Origin: Octopus vulgaris
Lineage: Eukaryota
Length of the DNA stretch: 64,000 nucleotides
Assembly (NCBI GenBank): GCA_951406725.2
Contig: OX597837.1
Span: 36,146,001-36,210,000 of the forward strand
Reading direction: 5' to 3'
The number at the start of each line of letters is the position of its first letter. Position 1 is the first letter of the stretch. The position numbers and the translations under genes are program-made. The notes below the pieces were generated by a model that was not told where the DNA came from, ran no database searches, and was given only the letters and a program-made list of their open reading frames with translations. Positions 26,371 to 40,510 of this stretch are shown one piece after another.

Positions 26371-26638
26371 GTATAAGTATATATATATATATGCATAAAT
26401 ATATATATGTATATATATATATATATATATATAATTAAACACACACACGCGAACACATTCATATGTTCGTATATACATTCACACATGTATACATAAGTAC
26501 ATACATGCACGCATGCATGAATGTGTGTGTGTGTGTGTGTGAATATAAATATATATGTATATGTGTGTGTATATATATATACATATACATATATATATAT
26601 ATATGTATATATACATATTTTTATATATATACATATTT

Positions 26639-26687
<49 letters not shown>

Positions 26688-27262
26688 TAGATAGATAGAT
26701 AGATACATAGATAGATACATACATAGATAGATATATAGATACATACATACATACATACATACATACATACATACATACATACATACATACATACATACAT
26801 ACATGTATAGAAATAGATAGATAGACAGAAAATAAGTCGAAGAAAATCGGTGTATGTGAGGACAAAGAAGAGAAATCAATCAAATCATTTCTTTGAATAA
26901 TTGGAATTATATATGATCGATTATATATGCACATGCATATATATATATATATATACATACATACACGCGTATGTATATATATGTATGCATGCATGTATGT
27001 CTATTATGCATATATATTGTTCAAAGCAGGTGCTTCGAACCGAACGAATAAGAATCTCCACGTGTATTGTGTTGTCTTTGTGTTGTTTCGGAATCCTAAA
27101 ACGTGTGTGTGCGCGCGTGTGTGAGAGAGAGCGAGAGGGAGAGAAAGGGAGAGAGAGAGAGAGAGGGAGAGAGAGAGAGAGAGTGTGTGTGTATGTGTGA
27201 TGTGTGTGTGTGTGAGCGTGATCGATTAATTTTATATAAACATATAGTCACCATTAGATATC

Positions 27263-27440
<178 letters not shown>

Positions 27441-27445
27441 CCAAC

Positions 27446-27527
<82 letters not shown>

Positions 27528-28164
27528 TGAGTGAGTGAGAGACTGAGTGAGAGAGAGAAATCTCAGCCTTCGTTTCCAAGCACGTTTGCTCATTCTCACG
27601 CCATGATAGCTTCCATGCCAATGAGATATCGTGAAAAAGTATGTTCAACAATAATTTTGACATTTGCGTTCAGTCTTGGATGTTTTTCAATCGCAGCATA
27701 AATTGTATGGCTGACAGATTCATCTTAGCCGAACCAATAAAGAATTTCTGCTTTGTGGCTTTTCCTGAATCTTTCTCAGTCAAATATTTTCCCCAAATTT
27801 TGTCAGGCAACACATCAAACTGTGAATATATAGAAGAAGAAGAAAAAAAACAACCGGCAAAAGAAAAGCAGACGATACTTACATACACACACAAATACAC
27901 GCACACACACACACACATTTACACATACACATTTACACACACATATACACACATACACACATATACATATACATATGAGACTCATTCTTTCACCAACATC
28001 AATAATTCAATATGGTGGCTCAACACCAAATATTCCCCCAACGTAACTTCTTAAGGAGGGAGAATAAAGGGAGAAATGAGATTTTTTGATGATCGGTTTC
28101 TTTTAACTTCTGGGTGCTGCTGTTAAACATAATCTCTGCTTTATCGGTTTACCTATATTACCAG

Positions 28165-28247
<83 letters not shown>

Positions 28248-28284
28248 AGAGAGAGAGTATTTGTGTATGCGCGTATATGGATAC

Positions 28285-28345
<61 letters not shown>

Positions 28346-28471
28346 TATATGTATATAAATACATATGTATATATATATATATATATATAGACATATAAAT
28401 ATATATATATGCATATACATATATATATATGTTTGTGTGTGTGTGTGTGCGTGTGTGTAGATACATTCCTG

Positions 28472-28634
<163 letters not shown>

Positions 28635-29009
28635 GATAGATAAATAGATAGATAATTAAGTTTTATATGACAAGCATCTGTGAATCTGAAAAAATCGAAC
28701 ATGGTCATTGATTGATCTCGAACCCTATATGTATCGATTACTGACTGACCACCAATACCGATTACTATACAAAGAACCTTATACTCATTCCCCCACTCTC
28801 CCTCCCTTTTTCTTTTTTCTCCCGTCTCTCCTTCTCTCTCTTTCTACTTATATCTCTCTCTATATCTCTCTTCCCCTCTAGCCTATGTTTATGCTATTTT
28901 TTAACTATAAAATTTTCTTTCCAATAAGTAGACGTTTTTTCCAACTAAGTGGCTACTAAATAGTTTATAACAACATATATAATGTTTCCGCATTCTATAG
29001 TCATACAGG

Positions 29010-29205
29010 TTTTAAATTTTGGCACAGGACCAGAAATATTAAAGGAGGAGTAAGTTGATTATATCGACCCCAGTATTCAACTGGTACTTATTTTATCGAC
29101 CCTGAAGGAATGAATGAACAAGTCGACCTCGGCAGAATTTGAACTCAGAACTACAGACGGATGAAATGCCGCTCAGCATTTTGTCCGGAGTACTAACAAT
29201 TCTAC
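29010..29205 (-). mobile_element. SINE family B, diverged
   Basis: tcgaccccagtattcaactggtacttattttatcgac..gtcgacctcggcagaatttgaactc. Confidence 0.75.
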
Positions 29206-29376
29206 AGTCATATTAACATCAGACCATTGGCGGAATATGTGAGCAACGGCCCAAAATTCTTAGGCGGAATTTTGCGAAAGCTTTTTACGTTCTAAATTAA
29301 AACTTTACCAAGTTTAATTTGCTTCTAATTAATACACTAATTAATCTGTCGAACTTTCGGAATTGATATATGATTG

Positions 29377-29501
29377 ACAGAGTTTCTGTTGAAATAATAG
29401 CCAACACGGATTTTTGTTACGACGTTTCGTATACGAGATGCCTCGGGTCCGAAATGTCGTAATAAAATAAGTGCTGGCTATAATTGCCAAAGAAACTCTG
29501 T
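29377..29501. repeat. Imperfect inverted repeat (arms of about 52 bp)
   Basis: ACAGAGTTTCT..ATAGCCAACAC..TTACGACGTTTCG pairs with CGAAATGTCGTAA..GTGCTGGCTAT..AGAAACTCTGT. Confidence 0.85.
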
Positions 29502-29716
29502 AGAGACAACCTTAACAAGTAATTTAATAGCACTGCTAACACAGTAGAACACGGTATTCACTTATAAAAACGTTTAATTTACTGTATAGTATAATTAAGG
29601 CTGCATAATGAAATACGGTTTCCCTACAGGTCATTAATATTCGATTGACTGTCCTCGTATCTATTAACTCCTTCAGTCACTTTGCCCAATGTACCGGACA
29701 AATTTTCAGCTTCAAG

Positions 29717-29927
29717 GCGGCGAGCTGGCAGAAACGTTAGCACGCCGGGCGATATGCTTAGCGGTATTTCGTCTGTCTTTACGTTCTGAGTTCAAATAAC
29801 GCTGAGGTCGACTTAACTTTTCATCCTTTCGAGGTCAATAAATTAAGTACCAGTTGCGTACTGGAGTAGATCTAATCGACTGGCCCCACTCCTCCAAAAT
29901 TTCGGGCCTTGTGCCTAGAGTAGAAAA
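29717..29927 (+). mobile_element. SINE family B, full length (founder of the adjacent tandem array)
   Basis: ggcggcgagctggcagaaacgttagcacgccggg..gagttcaaat..gtgcctagagtagaaa. Confidence 0.85.
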
Positions 29928-30630
29928 TAATATTTTCCTCGCGTTGGAAGGCCGGCGATCTGGCAGAAACGTTAGCACGCTAGGCGAAATGCTTAGCGAA
30001 ATGCTTAGCGGTCGATAAATTAAGTACCAGTTGCGTACTGGAGTAGATCTAATCGACTGGCCCCACTCCCCCAAAATTTCGGGCCTTGTGCCTAGAGTAG
30101 AAAATAATATTTTCCTCGCGTTGGAAGGCCGGCGATCTGGCAGAAACGTTAGCACGCTAGGCGAAATGCTTAGCGAAATGCTTAGCGGTCGATAAATTAA
30201 GTACCAGTTGCGTACTGGAGTAGATCTAATCGACTGGCCCCACTCCCCCAAAATTTCGGGCCTTGTGCCTAGAGTAGAAAATAATATTTTCCTCGCGTTG
30301 GAAGGCCGGCGATCTGGCAGAAACGTTAGCACGCTAGGCGAAATGCTTAGCGAAATGCTTAGCGGTCGATAAATTAAGTACCAGTTGCGTACTGGAGTAG
30401 ATCTAATCGACTGGCCCCACTCCCCCAAAATTTCGGGCCTTGTGCCTAGAGTAGAAAATAATATTTTCCTCGCGTTGGAAGGCCGGCGATCTGGCAGAAA
30501 CGTTAGCACGCTAGGCGAAATGCTTAGCGAAATGCTTAGCGGTCGATAAATTAAGTACCAGTAGCATAATAGGATAGATCTGATCTACTGGCCTCATACC
30601 CTAAAATTTCGGCAGCATAAAGTAGAAAAG
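29834..30630 (+). repeat. 177-bp tandem repeat derived from SINE B (4 full units plus a partial unit)
   Basis: Units start at 29834, 30011, 30188, 30365 and 30542; near identical. Confidence 0.95.
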
Positions 30631-30693
30631 AAATATGAATTATAAGGAAGTTGAATCACTGTTACCAGTTCATTGGACACCTCTCATCATGGT

Positions 30694-31070
30694 ACTCCGT
30701 CGGTTACGACGACGAGTGTTCCAGCTGATCCAATAAGCGGAACAGCCTGTTCATGAAATTAACGTGCAAGCGGCTGAGCACTCCACAGACACGTGTACCC
30801 TTAACGTAGCTTCCGGGGAGATTCAGCATGACACAAAGTGTGACAAGGCTAGCCCTTTGAAATACAGGTACAACAGAAACAGGAAGAAAGAGTGAGAGAA
30901 AGTTGTGGTGAAAGAATACAGCAGGGTTCGCTACAGTCCCCTGCCAAAGCCTCGTAGACCTTTAGGTATTTTCACTCAATAAACACTCACAACGCCCGAT
31001 ATGGGAATCGAAACCGCGATCCTATGACCGAGTGTCTACTGCACTAACTACTGGGCCATTGCCCCTCCAC
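30694..31070 (-). mobile_element. SINE family C
   Basis: Colinear with 10668-11056. Confidence 0.85.
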
Positions 31071-31295
31071 TGGGCCCCTCTAAAACCCATATATAATCAA
31101 GACCGCGTGATTCTGACTCAGTGTTTGCTCACAAGTCACAGAGGATGGCTGTGTCTTCCCGTAAATCTCACAGATGTAAGTAAATGGATATATATTTTTT
31201 AACCTAGTGCTAGCAAAATTTCTATATATCCACGCCAAAAATGAACATATTGAATATTGAATTCTTTAAGAATTTACTCAATGTGTGTAATTTAT

Positions 31296-31436
31296 TTGTT
31301 TCAGTCATTTCACTGCGGCCATGCTGGAGCACCGCCTTTAGTCGAGCAAATCGACCCCAGGATTTATTCTTTGTAAGCCTAGTACTTATTCTATCGGTCT
31401 CTTTTGCCGAACCGCTAGTTACGGGGACATAAACAC
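31296..31436 (-). mobile_element. SINE family A, 3' part
   Basis: ttgtttcagtcatt..ctgcggccatgctggagcaccgcc..ctatcggtctcttttgccgaaccgcta. Confidence 0.8.
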
Positions 31437-31439
31437 ATA

Positions 31440-31865
31440 AGGTACTAGAGTACAATAAGCCGGACCTAGTGGTGGTGGAGAAGGTGAACCACATGTGCTA
31501 CATAAGTGATGCCGCGTGCCACTTTGACCCGTGAATAGTCAAGAAGGAAGATGAAAAAGCAGACATACAATCCTCTTAATTACGAAATAGTCCGGCTATA
31601 GAAAATAAAGGTAAAAATAGTGCCAATTATATTCGATTCCTTGGGGACAGTATCAGAAGGCATCAAGCGGAATATAAAGGAAATGGGAATAACGTGCCCA
31701 GTAGGGCTGTTACCGAGGGTTTGCCTCCTTGGCACAGCCAGAATAATAAGACAAATAGAAGATCGTTGAAAAGAACACATAGCATAGTACCCATAGGCTG
31801 CATGCAGCAAGCCTGCTGCGCATTAAAGACTCTAAGAGTTAAAAAAAAACCTGAGTTTAAAAGAA
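31440..31865 (+). mobile_element. R4/Dong-like LINE 3' end (RLE domain), degenerate
   Basis: VLEYNKPDLVVVEKVNHMCYISDAACHFDP*IVKKEDEK..VKIVPIIFDSLGTVS..CLLGTARIIRQ; homologous to 35822-35920. Confidence 0.75.
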
Positions 31866-32432
31866 TGATGATGATGATGAGGAGGAGGAGGATGAAGAAG
31901 AGGAGGAGGAGGATGAAGAGGAGGAGGAGGAGGAAGGGGAAGAGGAGGAAGAGGAGGAAGAAGAGGAGGAGGATGAAGGGGAGGAGGAGGATGAAGAAGA
32001 GGAGGAGGAGGATGAAGAAGAGGAGGAGGATGAAGAAGAGGAGGAGGAGGATGAAGAAGAGGAGGAGGATGAAGAAGAGGAGGAGGAGGATGAAGAAGAG
32101 GAGGAGGATGAAGAAGAGGAGGAAGAGGAGGAAGAAGAGGAGGAGGATGAAGGGGAGGAGGATGAAGAAGAGGAGGAGGAGGATGAAGAAGAGGAGGAGG
32201 AGGATGAAGAAGAGGAGGAGGATGGAGAAGAGGAGGAGGAGGATGAAGAAGAGAAGGAGGATGAAGAAGAGGAGGAGGAGGATGAAGAAGAGGAGGAGGA
32301 TGGAGAAGAGGAGGAGGAGGATGAAGAAGAGAAGGAGGATGAAGAAGAGGAGGAGGAGGATGAAGAAGAGGAGGAGGATGAAGAAGAGGAGGATGGAGAG
32401 GCTGAAGAAGAGGAGGAGGAGGAGGAGGAGGA
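31865..32432. repeat. Purine-rich compound (GAG/GAA/GAT)n tract with a 21-24-bp higher-order unit
   Basis: Unit GATGAAGAA(GAG)4-5 repeated about 20 times. Confidence 0.95.
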
Positions 32433-33400
32433 ACTAAGGCACTAGGTTAGTAATATTTTGGGGCCGTTGATCTGTTGATTTGCGTTCAGTCATGAAAATT
32501 ATACCGATCGATTTTTTTTCTCCTTTTGTTTCTACTTTACTTCAATAACTACGACGTTTTGTCTTACCGTTTTGGAACTTGTTCTTCTATTAAGGAAAAT
32601 CTCTCAAGAAACTTCATTTCCAGAAACGAAAAAGAAGAAACAAGTATTAAAGAAAGACATTTCTTTTTTTCAAGCATTCGGTGGAGAGAACTAAACCTCG
32701 TTTGTTTATACGACATACTTACACCTATTCATCACAATAACCTCTTTCTTTGAAATAAAATGTTTCTTTCGATCATAATTTCCTAAATCTAAATTTTTTT
32801 TTTTGCGACTAACACAACACTTCCTCTTGCAAAAATCGCAGGATTTAGTAACAGACATTTTTTACGCAACCATATTTTTAAAAAAAATCCTTTTGTAAAA
32901 CGAACGTATATCTCTCAATCAACGGGACTTTTTTTTTTATCAATATGTGTCTATTTTCTTTCAACTAAGACTACACATCTTACAGAACAAAACTCAGAAT
33001 TTTGCAACAGAAATTTTTACATAACCATTTTGTTTTTGTTTTTTTTTTGTTAGTTCAAGAAAAGAACGATTCCCATTCATTCTACGGTTTTTTTAAAAAT
33101 GAAAGTGTCTCTTTCGACAATTCTTTCAATACGAAATTTCTTTCAACTAATGTATTTTATGGAAAACGTCTCAAAAATCGTTAATGGAAGTTTTCATTAC
33201 ACACATATATATATATATATACATACATAAACACACATACACATACATGTATATACATATATATATTACATACCTGCACATGTATATATATGTATATCAC
33301 ATATGTATATGCATATATATATATATATATAAATATATATATATGATATAAATACATATATATATATATGTATGTATACATATATATACATATATTCATA

Positions 33401-33477
<77 letters not shown>

Positions 33478-33652
33478 CGATGTATGTGTATGTGTGTGTG
33501 TGTGTATACAGATAATGAGGATGATGAGGATGTTGAAAGCGATAAGGAGAACGGAGGTGATGGCAACATTGATGACGATGAAGATGGTATTTGTGATGAT
33601 AATAATATTAATCACAACAACTACAACAAAAATAACAGAAAAAAATTTCACA

Positions 33653-33744
<92 letters not shown>

Positions 33745-33878
33745 TGCATGTATATATATATATGTACGTATGTATATGTAGATTATGTATACATATATAT
33801 ATATATACATGTATTTATATATATATAAACATACATGTATATATATGTATACATAATGTACATATACATATGTACAAA

Positions 33879-33970
<92 letters not shown>

Positions 33971-34337
33971 TATATGTAGCAATATGCATATATATGTATA
34001 TAATTTTTAAAGAAAAAATTTTTCACTTCTAATCGAAATTCTTCAAATGAAATCGAATATAATAGATCGGTAAATATAATTTTCCTTTCATTCAATGCCG
34101 TGTACATGAAACGAATTTTAAAATTTGTTAAGGAGACTTAGATAACCGTTGTTTTAAAGGAACTGTGATTTTTTCTTCCTTTCATTTAATTTCAATCAAA
34201 ATTTTTCAAATATAACATCAGCTCCTATTTACTATCATTCTGTAAATAGGAAATTCTTTCAAACCAATTTAACTTATAAAAGGACAACTGACCATTTTTA
34301 TAGACGATAACTTTTTCCGAAATTATTATTATTATTG

Positions 34338-34417
<80 letters not shown>

Positions 34418-34434
34418 GTTTCTTTAATTATTAC

Positions 34435-35022
<588 letters not shown>

Positions 35023-35026
35023 GTTA

Positions 35027-35063
<37 letters not shown>

Positions 35064-35088
35064 GGTTATTATTATTATTATTATTATC

Positions 35089-35142
<54 letters not shown>

Positions 35143-35215
35143 GATTATTATTATTATTATTATTATTATTATCATTATTATTATTATTATTAATATTATT
35201 ATTATTATTCTTTAC

Positions 35216-35742
35216 TTTTAATCTGCATGTTTGTTACAATCACTTGTCAAGACACACCCAGCGTCCTAAGGCGAGTGAAAGGCAAGATATATTACAGTAT
35301 GACCGAAAGCTTTGGGAGGAAAAGTGGCAGGCGTAGTAACGAAATATCTCCATATACATCACAGACATTTAAACTGATAGGGTTTTTCTAAGGATGTGGG
35401 CAGTATTTGTCAGCACAATCTTTTGGATCTCTGACACATGGTTCTCCAGGGGTGTTGTCTAGCTGTTTCTAACATCTCTTTATTAACATACCTAGGTCAC
35501 CTACAATAACAGGAACAGTTTTTGCTTTAAGATGCCACATCTTTTGTATTTCAATTTCCAGGTTCTTATATTTACTTATTTCGTCAACTTCCTTGACATA
35601 TGTATTTTTATCAGTGAGAACACTTGCATCTATTACTCTACAAGTATTTTCTTCCCTGTCTTTAATAATTATGTCTGGTCGTTTAGCCTGGATCGTTCTG
35701 TCAGTGTTGACTAGAAAATCCCAGATGATAGTGGCATTTTTA
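35216..35742 (-). mobile_element. R4/Dong-like LINE 3' end (RLE domain)
   Basis: TIIWDFLVNTDRTIQAKRPDIIIKDREENTCRVIDASV..SKYKNLEIEIQKMWHLKAKTVPVIVGDLG..QKIVLTNTAHILRKTL; (TAA)n on both sides. Confidence 0.85.
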
Positions 35743-35754
35743 CCTTTAACGACA

Positions 35755-35820
<66 letters not shown>

Positions 35821-35821
35821 G

Positions 35822-36690
35822 ACTATTCGTGGGTCGAAGAGGTATGCAACATCAACTAAATAGCATATGTGGTGCATCTTGTCCACCGCCACCAGGTCCA
35901 GTCTGTTACTCTCTAGCACCTGATGTGTTTGGATTGGGAAATCCCAGAGGATTTTGCTAGTCTCCGACTCCGCCACTCTCTGCGGTTTGTGCTGAAACCA
36001 TATCTTGCCTCTCCCAAGTCCCCACTTTTCGCACAGCTTCCTATACAGCCCTTTCGTTACCTGATCGTCTCGCCACAACTTGTAATGGTTTTGGGGTAAG
36101 TATAGGGCATTCGTTCGGGATATGGGCAACGGTTTCATCTACTCCATTGCAGACACTTGCACATTCCTCAGGTTTACCCTCCAATTCGTGACTAAAGCTT
36201 GGTCTTGCACTCCCAATGTAGTGCTCTCGGTCTCTTTTTCTAATGTTCCTTTCATCAGCCAATGCCACATATTTTTTCCAGCAACTTCTGTTATGGCTGC
36301 ATAGAATTGATTATGTAGTTCCTTCTTGCATAATTCTTCTTCATATCCTTTTTTGCACTTCTTCCTTTGCTTTTCCTTCTTTCTCTGCTCTCAATACTCC
36401 CTCGTTCATAATTGTCACTAGCAAGGTTTCCTTACTTTAGGCTAGGTATCTCATTAAGCTCCCGAGTTCGATACGAACGCAATCTTCCACACTTATCAGT
36501 CCCCTTCCTCCATTTCCTCTCTTCGTGTATAACCGATCAGTGTTTGCACGTGGATGATGGGACCCCATGCATCTTTAGCAGCTTTCTTAACTTCCTGTTC
36601 ATCTCCTTTAGTTCTTTTTCTGGCCACTTCAGGAATCCAGTGCCATACCGAACTACTGCGACTGCGCGCGAATTTATTGCCGTAATCATT
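35822..36690 (-). mobile_element. R4/Dong-like LINE fragment (RT thumb, CCHC knuckle, start of RLE)
   Basis: AINSRAVAVVRYGTGFLKW..ELKEMNRKLRKLLKMHG; C.VCNGVDETVAHIPNEC; KILWDFPIQTHQVLESNRLDLVAVDK..CYLVDVA; (TAA)n on both sides. Confidence 0.85.
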
Positions 36691-36739
36691 ATTATTATTG
36701 TTGTTGTTGATGTTGTTGTTATCATTATCATCATCGTCG

Positions 36740-36812
<73 letters not shown>

Positions 36813-37389
36813 TATTATTATCATCATCATCAGAGCTATCATTATCGTCAGCAGCATCATTATTACTATTATTATTATTATATGTTGTTTAAAGAAAAAA
36901 TTAACATCTAATCAAAATCCTTTTAATAAGGATAAAATATTTTTATAGTTTTACATCTGAAATTTTATTTTCCCAAATCACAAAAGTTATTCCATGAAAT
37001 AAAAATATTTTCATTCAACTTCACCGTCTGTTGAATCAGACTTAATTCATAACACTTAAAATAACCCAACTTAGTTGTTGCTGTTGCAGTTGTTGTTGTT
37101 ACTCTTCTTCTTCTTCTTCTTCTTCTTCTTCTTCTTCTTCTTCTTCTTCTTCTTCTTCTTCTTCTTCTTCTTCTTCTTCTTCTTCTTCTTCTTCTTCTTC
37201 TTCTTCTTCTTCGTCGTCGTCGTCGTCGTTTACTCTTCATTAAATAAACTTAACAACCTAAAATATGTGTCATGGATATACATACATATATGTGTGTGTG
37301 TGTGTTTATGTATACACACACACACACATATATATATATGCGCGCGTGTGTATGCGAGTATATGTGTGTGGTTATGTGTATATGCAAGC

Positions 37390-37439
<50 letters not shown>

Positions 37440-37443
<4 letters not shown>

Positions 37444-38440
37444 AAAAGTAAAAAGTGAAAAAAACTACAGAAGGCTTGTTTTAAAAGGTTAAAAAATATA
37501 TATTTGAGTCAATATGTCTGAAGAATATTATAAATTTTTTTCTTACAATGACATAGTTTAGAAGAAATGGCCGGTTTCGCGTTCAGCTTTTCAAATTTCT
37601 TACATCGTTATGTTTATGTTGAGAAGAGTTCTAGATAAGGGGAGGTAATAAGTGATTTCTTCCGGTGTAAGGGAGACAATCGCTTAAAATTTTTTGTCTT
37701 TCCTTTGGAGTGAATTTCTCTGTATAAGTATGTTGGAATGGTTAAGTCTGGGCTTGTACTTTTCAATGAAGAATGTTTCCTTGTTTAGTCTAATTTGTGT
37801 TGGTGTTCCGATAGCACATTGGTAAAATGGAAAGATTAAAAATTGTGGTAGTAGTTGCTTTGCGCATTTCTCAATGTGCTCACTAAAAGGTATCATTCTG
37901 TATTCTGGGAATGCAATCTGTTGTCGATGCAGTGTGCATCTACGTCTGAGTGATAGTTCCGTGGATCTCACGTAGTCTTGGTGGCAGCCCGAGCATTTTA
38001 TGACATAAATTATGTTTTCAGAGGCACAAGTAAAATTAGATTTGATCTTGATTTCTGTCCCTCTTTGAAGAGGAATTCTGATCCTTCTAGCAGGTTTGGA
38101 CATGTTGCACAGTTCGGTCTACCACATTTTTTTACTTTTGCATCCGTAATTTCAGAAAACAATTTTGCCTTTGTGAGAATCTTTTTAAGTGATTTAGGTT
38201 GTTTGTAGCTTTTAATGATTTGGTGTATGTTTAAAATTTCCTTTAATTTGGGGTCCTTACTAAGTATTGGTAAATTCTGGGTGATGATGGTGAAGGCTTC
38301 TTTGTTTCTGGGGTTGTATGTGGATATGTAAGGTAGTATTTTCGGGGAAGGTGTGTTGTTGTGTTGAACTTTTCTTAAAGTTTCTATGTTGATTTCTGTT
38401 GCACGTCTGATCCCATCCTCTATGAGTTGAGCTGGGTAAT
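37440..38440 (-). mobile_element. Penelope-like element 3' part with GIY-YIG endonuclease
   Basis: LPYISTYNP..CGRPNCATC..FTCASENIIYVIKCSGCHQDYVRSTELSLRRRCTLHRQQI..SEHI..RLNKETFFIEKYKPRLN; ORF at 37684-38103. Confidence 0.85.
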
Positions 38441-39097
38441 GTCTGTGTGTGTCTTTGTGTGTGTGTCTGTGTCTGTGTGTGTGTCTTTGTGCGCGTGTGT
38501 GTGTGCATGTTTCTTGAATCAGAATATATTTCTGGGAGTATATGGCGGTAAGTCATTTCGTTGAAGTCTACAGACAAACTAAAACTATCTCTAAAATATC
38601 CTGTATACACACATACATACATAATTATATATATACGTATATATAAATATATATGTGTGTGTGTGGATATATATATGTGTATCTGTGTGTGTGTATGTAT
38701 GTATGAATGTATATATATATATATATCTGTGTGTGTGTGTCTACATATGTATATATGTATGCACGCATGTAGCTGTGTATGATACGATATTTAGAAATAC
38801 ACACACACACACGCAGTTATACACACACACACACAGATTCACGGATACATATGTATATTATATATGACAGAATGGTAAAAAAATAAAGCAGAGCAAGCAA
38901 CAATTTTTTTTGCGTCTATTTGATACCATTGAGTAAAATAATGACAGATATTTCACCCTTTTATCACACCAAAGATTGAAATAGAAACACATACACATAC
39001 ATACATACATACATGCATACATACATGCATACATACATACATGCATACACACATACATATATATATATAAATATATATTTATATATATATATATATT

Positions 39098-39147
<50 letters not shown>

Positions 39148-39151
<4 letters not shown>

Positions 39152-39242
39152 GATACGTACATATATACTTATAATTCTTATATACGTATACATACATTTA
39201 CGCATACATACATACACATACATACATACATACATACATACA

Positions 39243-39292
<50 letters not shown>

Positions 39293-39373
39293 CACAGATA
39301 TGTACATATATACTTATAATTCTTATATACGTATACGTACATTTACGCATACATACATACATACATACATACA

Positions 39374-39431
<58 letters not shown>

Positions 39432-39489
39432 TACGTACATATATACTTATAATTCTTATATACGTATACGTACATATATACATACATAC

Positions 39490-39536
<47 letters not shown>

Positions 39537-39612
39537 GTACATATATACTTATAATTCTTATATACGTATACATACATTTACGCATACATACATACATACA
39601 TACATACATACA

Positions 39613-39648
<36 letters not shown>

Positions 39649-39734
39649 TACACAGATACGTACATATATACTTATAATTCTTATATACGTATACGTACAT
39701 TTACGCATACATACATAGACATACATATATACAT

Positions 39735-39785
<51 letters not shown>

Positions 39786-39850
39786 GATACGTACATATAT
39801 ACTTATAATTCTTATATACGTATACATACATTTAGGCATACATACATATA
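39148..39850. repeat. Compound minisatellite: conserved core of about 45-55 bp x6 with variable microsatellite spacers
   Basis: Core ATACGTACATATATACTTATAATTCTTATATACGTATAC near 39153, 39298, 39431, 39533, 39656 and 39787. Confidence 0.9.
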
Positions 39851-40357
39851 CATGTATACATACACACACATACAGACCACAGGCGGGCACATGTGGTAAC
39901 ACTAACATTCTGCTCCGACCCCAACCATTCCTTTTTACTGCTGGCTAAAAAAAAAAAAAAAAAAGGAGAAAAATTAATTTTTTTTTTAAAGAAAACTGAA
40001 AATGGTAAAAGAAAGTACATAAAGACATTTTTCACAGACCGGCATTAATGTCTAAATGTTTTCCATTTAACAGGAGACGAAGAATAGAATGGTTGGAAGA
40101 ATAAAAGAGAGATGTGGAGGAGAAGGAGGAGGAAAATGAAGTAGGAGGAGATGGTGAAGGAGAAGAAGAAGAAGAAGAAGAAGAAGAAGAAGAAGAAGAA
40201 GAAGAAGAAGAAGAAGAGGATGAAGAAGAAGAAGGAGAAGGAAATAATAATGATAAGATGATGATGGCTGGAAGAAGAAGAAAATGATGATGATAATGGT
40301 GGTGGTGGTGGTGGTGAAGAAGAAGAAGAAGAAGAAGAAGAAGAAGAAGAAGAAGAA

Positions 40358-40397
<40 letters not shown>

Positions 40398-40476
40398 TTG
40401 GTGGTGGTGGTGATGGTGGTGAGGGTGGTGAAAAAGAAGATGATGAGGATGATGATGATGAGGATGAAGATGATGA

Positions 40477-40510
<34 letters not shown>

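Noticed and set aside
29835-30509. 224-aa ORF with 59-aa repeats
   Set aside because: It is an antisense reading of a 177-bp (3n) SINE-derived tandem repeat.
31694-32437. Protamine-like K/R-rich ORF
   Set aside because: It starts inside a LINE relic and runs through a purine microsatellite; there is no evidence of a gene.
39148-39850. CRISPR-like repeat-spacer appearance
   Set aside because: The context is eukaryotic, the spacers are microsatellites of variable length, and there are no cas genes.
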